Part shown: piece by piece, positions 1 through 5,958 of the stretch
Layout: every line of letters begins with the position of its first letter
How positions within the stretch are numbered: position 1 is the first letter of the stretch
From: Candidatus Omnitrophota bacterium
Lineage (GTDB): Bacteria; Omnitrophota; Gorgyraeia; B26-G9
DNA: 64,000 nt
Reading direction: 5' to 3'
NCBI GenBank assembly: GCA_018817165.1
Contig: JAHITY010000128.1
Location: forward strand, 5,161 to 69,160
Notes under the pieces: model-generated
Database searches by the model: none
What the model saw: only the letters and a program-made list of their open reading frames with translations
Told to the model about the DNA's origin: nothing
Translations under genes and position numbers: made by a program

Positions 1-31
1 AGAGTGGTAACGAAATTAAATTGTATGACCG

Positions 32-80
32 AAATAACCCTGAACCGAATGAGCGAAGCGAATTCTGGTTCCGGGGTAAA
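32..80 (+). repeat. 49-bp palindromic REP-like hairpin, copy 1
   Basis: aaataaccctgaaccgaatgagcgaagcgaattctggttccggggtaaa; near-identical copy at 227-275; arms self-complementary (gaacc/ggttc, accc/gggt). Confidence 0.8.
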
Positions 81-105
81 ACAAATAACAATACAATTTA
101 GGAAA

Positions 106-178
106 TAATTTACGTTGGCGTAAATTAGGCGATGCAGCCATTTACAATGCAGAGTTATGCATGTGAATGGCTTTTTTA
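106..178 (+). promoter_or_regulatory. ANTAR-like twin hairpin overlapping intrinsic terminator upstream of the sigma gene
   Basis: taatttac-GTTGGC-gtaaatta (106-127) and ggc-GATGCA-gcc (128-139); the second overlaps terminator agccatttaca...tgtgaatggct-ttttt. Loops have G4 but G rather than A at position 1. Confidence 0.6.
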
Positions 179-226
179 TTTGAGTACATAATTTACAGAG
201 CGAAGAGAAGTAAATGATAAGTGCGA

Positions 227-275
227 AAATAACCTTGAACCGAACGATCAAAGCGAGTTCTGGTTCCGGGGTAAA
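227..275 (+). repeat. 49-bp palindromic REP-like hairpin, copy 2
   Basis: aaataaccttgaaccgaacgatcaaagcgagttctggttccggggtaaa, directly before the RBS gggga of the sigma gene. Confidence 0.8.
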
Positions 276-285
276 GGGGAAAAAT

Positions 286-816
286 ATGGAAATGACATTT
301 GAAGCATTGGTACAAAAAATAAATCCAAAGATCAAGGCAATTGCCAATAGGCTTGATGGTAAGTATACATCATTTTCTGATGATGATCTGTATCAAGAGT
401 CTTTGCTGCGGCTTTGGCAGAAGTTTAATGAAAGCAAGCTTGAGGATAAGACGGAAAGCTATATTGTTCAGGGTTGTTCTTTTGATATGAGGAATTATAT
501 CCGTACGCATTTTAAAGGTGTAGATCGCCGCTCAGTCAGCGCATATACCCCGATTAATGAGCAAGGTAATCTGCTGATTGATATTCTTCCTGAGAAGGAA
601 GCGGATAATCGGGAAGAGGTTTATGATACAGCAATGACTCTCGAAGATATCAGTCGAAAGCTGAGCGACAGAGAAAAGATTGTTTTGGAGAAGTCTTCAG
701 CAGGTTTAACTACCCGAGAGATTGGTGAGTATATTGGGACATCACATGTAATGGTAGTTAAAATAAAGAAGAAAATCCGCGATAAATGTCTGAAATTAGG
801 AGTAAAAAACAAGTAA
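286..816 (+). CDS. sigma-70 family (ECF/SigH-like, regions 2 and 4 only) RNA polymerase sigma factor
   Basis: Region 2 DDDLYQESLLRLWQ; region 4 HTH LSDREKIVLE...GLTTREIGEYIGTSHVMVVKIKKKIR. Start moved to ATG 286 (RBS gggga) because the 214 extension is a translated repeat. Confidence 0.85.
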   Translation: MEMTFEALVQKINPKIKAIANRLDGKYTSFSDDDLYQESLLRLWQKFNESKLEDKTESYIVQGCSFDMRNYIRTHFKGVDRRSVSAYTPINEQGNLLIDILPEKEADNREEVYDTAMTLEDISRKLSDREKIVLEKSSAGLTTREIGEYIGTSHVMVVKIKKKIRDKCLKLGVKNK

Positions 817-818
817 CG

Positions 819-845
819 GTTACCAAAATAACATTTTGATTACTT
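819..845 (+). promoter_or_regulatory. putative alternative-sigma promoter GTTACC-N16-TACTT (site 1, PII-amtB1-glnK1)
   Basis: GTTACC aaaataacattttgat TACTT; same motif and spacing at 3700 and 5791. Confidence 0.7.
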
Positions 846-947
846 GTGTTACCATAAGAAGTATCAGATGAGTATATTTACCGAACAATGGTAAACTTAA
901 TTCATCAAAATCAGCAAAGAGTTAATTGTTAAGCTGAGATAGTAAAA

Positions 948-1063
948 CACACATTGTTGTGTGACAAACAAAGGCGTTCTTAATTATATTAAGGAACGTT
1001 TTTTTATTTAAAGACTATGGCGTCTTTTCCCTCAGAGCTATTGAGAGAACAGACGCTTTTTTT
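948..1063 (+). promoter_or_regulatory. ANTAR RNA motif with two tandem terminators
   Basis: cacac-ATTGTT-gtgtg (948-963) and aac-AAAGGC-gtt (967-978) overlap terminator 973-1005; third hairpin aaagac-TATGGC-gtcttt (1010-1027) overlaps terminator gcgtct...agacgc-T7 (1020-1063). Confidence 0.8.
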
Positions 1064-1090
1064 ATTTTAAAGCTCTTTGATAATTTAAAA

Positions 1091-1173
1091 AATAATAATG
1101 ATTCCGAAAGTGCCTGCTTGGCCGCAGTCATTTCGGACTTAATTCTCCCGCCGAACTGCGGCGGGATCATTTA
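1091..1173 (+). repeat. modular hairpin repeat (modules A+C)
   Basis: aataataatgattccgaaagtgcctgcttggccgcagtcatttcggac + tcccgccgaactgcggcggga + tcattta, followed by RBS. Confidence 0.85.
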
Positions 1174-1182
1174 GGGAGGTGA

Positions 1183-1506
1183 ATGGTGAAAAAGATAGAA
1201 TGTATTATCCGGCAGGAAAAACTAAAAGAGTTAAGTGGCGCGCTTCGTTTGGCAGGAATAGCCGGAGCAACGGTTAGCGAGGTAAAAGGTTTTGGTAAGG
1301 AAGTGTCAAGGCCAGATAACTTTTTATTTTTACCAAAAACAAAAATCGAACTTTATATCACCGATGATCTTGTTGAAGATGTTGTGGCAACGATTATCAG
1401 TTGTTGTAAAGATGAATCCCTGGGAAGCGGTAAAATTGCTATTCTTCCCCTTGATGATTGTATTAGAGTAAGAACAGGAGAACGTGGAGATAAGGCTATT
1501 GTTTAA
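1183..1506 (+). CDS. glnB: P-II family nitrogen regulator, non-canonical (short T-loop)
   Basis: KKIECIIR, EVKGFG, LPKTKIE, GSGKI, IRVRTGERG; T-loop about 7 aa shorter than canonical. Confidence 0.85.
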   Translation: MVKKIECIIRQEKLKELSGALRLAGIAGATVSEVKGFGKEVSRPDNFLFLPKTKIELYITDDLVEDVVATIISCCKDESLGSGKIAILPLDDCIRVRTGERGDKAIV

Positions 1507-1808
1507 ATAATAATGATTCCCGAATCAGCAGCTGGTCGCTGCTTCTCGGGCGAAATTCGAGCTGGCTGACTTGACGTCACTTGTGTTCCGTAAGTCAGGC
1601 GTAAATAATAATGATTCCGAAAGTGTCTGCTTGGCCGCAGCCATTTCGGACTAAATTCGAGCAGGCTGACTTGACGTCACTTGTGTTCCGTAAGTCAGGC
1701 ATAATAATAATGATTCCGAAAGTGTCTGCTTGGCCGCAGCCATTTCGGACTAAATTCGAGCAGGCTGACTTGACGTCACTTGTGTTCCGTAAGTCAGGCT
1801 CTCATTTA
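1506..1808 (+). repeat. tandem array of three ~99-bp units (A'B-AB-AB)
   Basis: Units start ataataatgattcc (ATG at 1513, 1611, 1710), each followed by ggctgacttgacgtcacttgtgttccgtaagtcaggc; array ends tctcattta next to the amtB RBS. Confidence 0.9.
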
Positions 1809-1821
1809 AAGGAGGGGTGTG

Positions 1822-3195
1822 ATGTTGAATACTTTTTGGAGAAAAACGCGATTTATATTAGGTGGGTTTTTAATGTTGTCTCTATTGTGGGCATTACCGG
1901 CATTTGCTGAAGGAGAGACAGCAGAGAGCAATGCAACGGCAATAAATACAGTTTGGACTTTGCTGGCAGCGTTCTTGGTATTTTTTATGCAGGCTGGGTT
2001 TGCTATGGTTGAGACCGGTTTTACCAGAGCGAAAAACTCATGCAATATTATGATGAAGAATTTAATGGATTTCAGTGTGGGGTCTATTGCTTATTGGCTG
2101 GTTGGTTTTGGGATTATGTTTGGCACAAGCGCAATGGGATTGTTTGGCACAGATGGTTTTTTCTTAAGCGCGGGAGATCCTTCAACTGGTGAAGGTTTAT
2201 GGAAGTTTGCTTATTGGATGTTTCAGGCAGTGTTTGCGGCAACAGCAGCTACTATAGTATCTGGGGCAATGGCTGAACGCACAAAATTTTCCGCATACCT
2301 TTTTTATAGCATTTTTATTACTGCTTTGATTTATCCGGTTGTTGGGCACTGGATATGGGGAGGCGGCTGGCTTGCCCAAAAAGGGATGATTGATTTTGCT
2401 GGTTCGACAGTTGTTCATTCGGTTGGTGGATGGGCTGCTCTTGCGGGTGCGATGCTACTTGGCCCAAGATTGGGTAAATATAATAAGGATGGTTCTTCCA
2501 AAGCAATTCCCGGACATAATATTCCTTTGGCAGCTTTAGGTGTATTTATTCTTTGGTTTGGCTGGTTTGGGTTTAATCCAGGTAGCACTACTGCAGGAAC
2601 AAATCTTAGTATTGCAACAATAGCAGTAACTACAAACTTGGCAGCAGCAGCTGGTTCGATAATCGCGATGTTTGTAACTTGGAAAAGATATGGAAAACCT
2701 GATTTATCAATGACTTTAAACGGAGCGCTAGCCGGATTGGTAGCAATCACTGCTCCTTGCGCAAGTGTTTCACCATTAAGCGCGATAATAATTGGAGCGA
2801 TTGGTGGTTTACTGGTTGTATTTAGTGTTGAATTTATTGATAAAGTTTTAAAGATAGATGATCCTGTAGGCGCGATATCAGTACATGGTGTTTGCGGCGC
2901 TTGGGGAACATTGAGTGTTGGTCTTTTTGCCCAAGCTGCGTATGGTGAATCAAGCGGGATGGGCGCGATCAATGGTTTGTTTTTCGGCGGCGGAACTGCT
3001 CAATTAATGACGCAGATTATTGGTATTGCCGCTGTATTTGCTTGGGTTTTTGTCGCGGCACTAATTGTGTTTTCTATAGCAAAAGCAATCATGGGTTTAC
3101 GGGTAACAGATGAAGAACAGCTAAAAGGTCTTGATATTGGCGAACATGGCATGGAAGCTTATGCTGGATTTCAGATCTTTTCAACAGAATCATAA
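1822..3195 (+). CDS. amtB: ammonium transporter
   Basis: [40 protein letters not shown]; RBS ggagg 1811-1815. Confidence 0.97.
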   Translation: MLNTFWRKTRFILGGFLMLSLLWALPAFAEGETAESNATAINTVWTLLAAFLVFFMQAGFAMVETGFTRAKNSCNIMMKNLMDFSVGSIAYWLVGFGIMFGTSAMGLFGTDGFFLSAGDPSTGEGLWKFAYWMFQAVFAATAATIVSGAMAERTKFSAYLFYSIFITALIYPVVGHWIWGGGWLAQKGMIDFAGSTVVHSVGGWAALAGAMLLGPRLGKYNKDGSSKAIPGHNIPLAALGVFILWFGWFGFNPGSTTAGTNLSIATIAVTTNLAAAAGSIIAMFVTWKRYGKPDLSMTLNGALAGLVAITAPCASVSPLSAIIIGAIGGLLVVFSVEFIDKVLKIDDPVGAISVHGVCGAWGTLSVGLFAQAAYGESSGMGAINGLFFGGGTAQLMTQIIGIAAVFAWVFVAALIVFSIAKAIMGLRVTDEEQLKGLDIGEHGMEAYAGFQIFSTES

Positions 3196-3261
3196 AATAT
3201 AAAATTTGATTTAGCCCGTGCCTTTGTTTTAAATTACTAAAGGTGCGGGTAAAATCAAAAC

Positions 3262-3290
3262 ATTCCGCCATAAGGCGGCGGGATATTTAA
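3262..3290 (+). repeat. module C hairpin repeat
   Basis: attccgccataaggcggcgggatatttaa directly before the glnK RBS. Confidence 0.65.
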
Positions 3291-3306
3291 TGGGAGGGGA
3301 AATAAA

Positions 3307-3648
3307 ATGAAACTGATAATAGCAATGATTCAACCGCATAAATTACCGGATGTTAAAAAAGCGCTTTTTGAAGCAGATGTACACAAGATGACAGTAACCA
3401 ATGTTTTAGGTTGCGGGCAGCAAAAAGGTTTTACTGAAACATACCGCGGAGTTATTCATGAAGTTAATTTATTGAAAAAACTAAAACTTGAAATCGCGGT
3501 AAATGAGCAATATGTAAAAACTACAGTAGACGCGATTATTAAAGGCGCGCGGATCGGTAAAATCGGGGATGGTAAGATCTTTGTCCTGGATATGCCGGAA
3601 TGTATTCGGATTAGAACCGGAGAGACTGGTTCAAAAGCAATTGGCTGA
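3307..3648 (+). CDS. glnK: P-II family nitrogen regulator (Amt-associated)
   Basis: [31 protein letters not shown]; follows amtB. Confidence 0.93.
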   Translation: MKLIIAMIQPHKLPDVKKALFEADVHKMTVTNVLGCGQQKGFTETYRGVIHEVNLLKKLKLEIAVNEQYVKTTVDAIIKGARIGKIGDGKIFVLDMPECIRIRTGETGSKAIG

Positions 3649-3692
3649 CTTGACGTCGCTAAAAAAGCTCCGTAAGTCAGGTGCTCATTTAA
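3643..3692 (+). repeat. module B hairpin repeat supplying the glnK stop codon
   Basis: ggcTGActtgacgtcgctaaaaaagctccgtaagtcaggtgctcatttaa. Confidence 0.8.
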
Positions 3693-3699
3693 TTATTAA

Positions 3700-3726
3700 G
3701 TTACCGAAAACAAGTTTTTTTTACTT
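3700..3726 (+). promoter_or_regulatory. putative alternative-sigma promoter GTTACC-N16-TACTT (site 2)
   Basis: GTTACC gaaaacaagttttttt TACTT. Confidence 0.7.
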
Positions 3727-3748
3727 GTATATTTGTAAATAACTAACT

Positions 3749-3824
3749 GGTACATTGAAGTACCCACAAAAAACAAAGACGTTTTGATCCTTTTTTAAAA
3801 AAGGGTTGAAACGTCTTTTTATTT
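3749..3824 (+). promoter_or_regulatory. ANTAR RNA motif overlapping terminator
   Basis: ggtac-ATTGAA-gtacc (3749-3764) and aaaac-AAAGAC-gtttt (3770-3785); terminator aaagacgttt...aaacgtcttt-ttattt. Confidence 0.85.
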
Positions 3825-3834
3825 AGGTGATATA

Positions 3835-4014
3835 ATGGAAAATATAAATTTGATTCAAGCCCTAAAGCAAGTTAAAGAAGAACGGGGCTATACCTTGTAT
3901 GATTTATCTAAGAAATTGGATATACAGGTCTCTACGGTTTCTCGCTGGTTTAAAACAAATAGAATTAATCGGGTTTACGCGGAGTTAGTAAAAGAAAAAC
4001 TAAAACTTTTTTGA
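3835..4014 (+). CDS. small XRE/Cro-like helix-turn-helix protein (59 aa, not in ORF track)
   Basis: MENINLIQALKQVKEERGYTLYDLSKKLDIQVSTVSRWFKTNRINRVYAELVKEKLKLF; RBS aggtga. Confidence 0.8.
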   Translation: MENINLIQALKQVKEERGYTLYDLSKKLDIQVSTVSRWFKTNRINRVYAELVKEKLKLF

Positions 4015-4078
4015 TTTTTTTTAAATAATATTTCTCAGTTAATTAATCAGTTCCATAACCAAAGGAGGGAAGATTATA

Positions 4079-5419
4079 ATGGGCAAGTTTAGTAAAATTG
4101 TTGGTATTAGTATGGCAACGGTCTTAACAATTTTCATGATAAGTCCGTTCGCGTTTGCCGCAGATACCAGCATGGCAGAAGTAGTAAGAGGTTTGGATAC
4201 TGTCTGGGTTTTGATCGCGGCGTTTCTGGTTTTTTTTATGCAGGCTGGTTTTGGCATGGTAGAAGCGGGTTTTATCCGAGCGAAAAATACCTGTAATATT
4301 TTAACTAAAAATTTTCTTGATTTTTGCATGGCTTCAATTGGTTTTTTTGTTTTTGGTTATGCGATTATGTTTGGTACGGGTAATGGTTTTATGGGCATGC
4401 AGGGCTGGTGCTTATCTGGAGCGCAAAGCGGAGCAAATATTCCATTAGCTGCTTTTTGGCTGTTTCAGGCTGCTTTTTGCGGAGCGGCAGCAACAATTGT
4501 TGCCGGCGGCATGGCAGAGAGAATGAAGTTTGTGTCATATCTTGCTTATTCATTTATAATCTCGGCATTTATTTATCCTATAGTAGGGCATTGGGTATGG
4601 GGCGGAGGCTGGTTAAGCGGATTAGGCTTTGCTGATTTTGCTGGTTCAACTGTTGTTCATGCGGTGGGCGGTTTTGCCGCATTGATCGGAACAATAATTT
4701 TAAAACCAAGAGAAGGTAAATATAATAAAGATGGTTCGGCAAACGCGATTTCCGGGCATTCTATTCCTTTGGCTTCTTTGGGTGTATTTATTCTTTGGTT
4801 TGGCTGGTTTGGTTTTAATCCCGGTTCAACGCTGGGAGTGGGCAATGGAGATTTAATTGCTCGCGTTGCGATAAATACAAATTTAGCAGCAGCTGCCGGA
4901 GGGATTGTGGCAATGCTCACAGTTTGGAAAATGTTTGGTAAACCTGATTTATCAATGGCAATGAATGGGGCCTTAGCTGGTCTTGTGGCAATTACCGCTC
5001 CTTGTGCTTTTGTCGATTCTTGGGCAGCGATTGTGATTGGCGCGGTTGGCGGAGTATTGGTGGTATTGGCTGTAGTTTTACTGGATAAATTACATATTGA
5101 TGATCCTGTCGGCGCTTTTCCTGTTCATGGAGTAAATGGAGTTTGGGGTACACTATCAGTTGGAATTTTTGGTAAACAGGCTCTGGGTCTTGCGCATGAG
5201 GGATTAATTTATGGCGGTGGATTTACGCAGTTAGCAATTCAGCTTTTGGGGGTTGCTACTGTTGCTGTGTTTATTTTGATCACTATGGGAACTGTGTTTA
5301 AAATTCTTAACAGTACTATTGGTTTAAGAGTTTCTCGAGAAGAAGAATTAAGAGGGCTTGATATTTGCGAGCATGGTATGGAATCGTATGCTGGTTTTCA
5401 GATTTTTGTTACAGAATAA
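4079..5419 (+). CDS. amtB: ammonium transporter, second paralog
   Basis: [39 protein letters not shown]. Confidence 0.97.
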   Translation: MGKFSKIVGISMATVLTIFMISPFAFAADTSMAEVVRGLDTVWVLIAAFLVFFMQAGFGMVEAGFIRAKNTCNILTKNFLDFCMASIGFFVFGYAIMFGTGNGFMGMQGWCLSGAQSGANIPLAAFWLFQAAFCGAAATIVAGGMAERMKFVSYLAYSFIISAFIYPIVGHWVWGGGWLSGLGFADFAGSTVVHAVGGFAALIGTIILKPREGKYNKDGSANAISGHSIPLASLGVFILWFGWFGFNPGSTLGVGNGDLIARVAINTNLAAAAGGIVAMLTVWKMFGKPDLSMAMNGALAGLVAITAPCAFVDSWAAIVIGAVGGVLVVLAVVLLDKLHIDDPVGAFPVHGVNGVWGTLSVGIFGKQALGLAHEGLIYGGGFTQLAIQLLGVATVAVFILITMGTVFKILNSTIGLRVSREEELRGLDICEHGMESYAGFQIFVTE

Positions 5420-5433
5420 AAGGGAGGGTTTAT

Positions 5434-5775
5434 ATGAAATTAATTATTGCGATGATTCAGCCGTATAAATTGCCGGATGTAAAGCAGGCGCTTTTTGAGG
5501 CAGGGGTGCATAAAATGACGGTAACCAATGCGCTGGGCTGCGGACAGCAAAAGGGTTTTACTGAGACATACCGCGGAGTTATTCATGAGGTGAATCTGCT
5601 TAAAAAAATTAAACTGGAAATCGCGGTTAATGCGGATTTTGTCCAGCCGACAATTGACGCGATTATTAAAGGAGCAAGAACCGGTAATATCGGAGATGGA
5701 AAGATTTTTGTCCTGGATATGCCGGAATGCATCCGTATTCGTACCGGAGAAAAGGGCAAAGAAGCTATTGGGTAA
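5434..5775 (+). CDS. glnK: P-II family nitrogen regulator, second Amt-associated paralog
   Basis: Start at ATG 5434 (RBS gggagg); nearly identical to 3307-3648. Confidence 0.93.
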   Translation: MKLIIAMIQPYKLPDVKQALFEAGVHKMTVTNALGCGQQKGFTETYRGVIHEVNLLKKIKLEIAVNADFVQPTIDAIIKGARTGNIGDGKIFVLDMPECIRIRTGEKGKEAIG

Positions 5776-5783
5776 GAATTTTA

Positions 5784-5817
5784 TTGACAAGTTACCAGAA
5801 AATTGATAAAGTTACTT
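5784..5817 (+). promoter_or_regulatory. overlapping sigma70 promoter (TTGACA-17-TAAAGT, TGn) and GTTACC-N16-TACTT promoter (site 3) of glnA
   Basis: TTGACA 5784-5789, TG 5804-5805, TAAAGT 5807-5812; GTTACC 5791-5796, TACTT 5813-5817. Confidence 0.7.
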
Positions 5818-5827
5818 TAATCATATA

Positions 5828-5910
5828 GGCACAAAGAAGTGCTTAAAAATGAGGCATAATGAAAAAGACAATGGTGTTCTTTTGGTTGTATAAAAGAACG
5901 CCATTTTTAT
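5828..5910 (+). promoter_or_regulatory. ANTAR RNA motif overlapping terminator in the glnA leader
   Basis: ggcac-AAAGAA-gtgct (5828-5843) and gac-AATGGT-gtt (5867-5878); terminator aatggtgttctttt...aaaagaacgccatt-tttat. Confidence 0.75.
5840..5856. promoter_or_regulatory. Fis/NtrC-like 17-bp palindromic operator
   Basis: TGCTTAAAAATGAGGCA; similar sites at 8997 and 28410. Confidence 0.55.
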
Positions 5911-5958
5911 TTACAAATTAGATTTTAAATTATGAATTAAAACAATAAGGAGGAATTT

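Noticed and set aside
214-285. N-terminal extension of the sigma factor
   Set aside because: Consists of the 49-bp repeat; the RBS supports ATG 286
1506-1808. CRISPR array interpretation of the tandem repeats (also 9019-9352)
   Set aside because: The sequence between repeats is itself repeated, so there are no unique spacers; the period is about 100 bp; no cas genes in the window
1611-1910. 99-aa ORF with a duplicated 33-aa peptide
   Set aside because: Translation of the 99-bp repeat; no RBS; overlaps amtB; frame not kept in other copies (98- and 101-bp periods)
5826-5843. sigma54-like promoter taGGcacaaagaagtGCt before glnA
   Set aside because: GG-to-GC spacing is 11 nt, not the required 10; better explained as ANTAR hairpin P1
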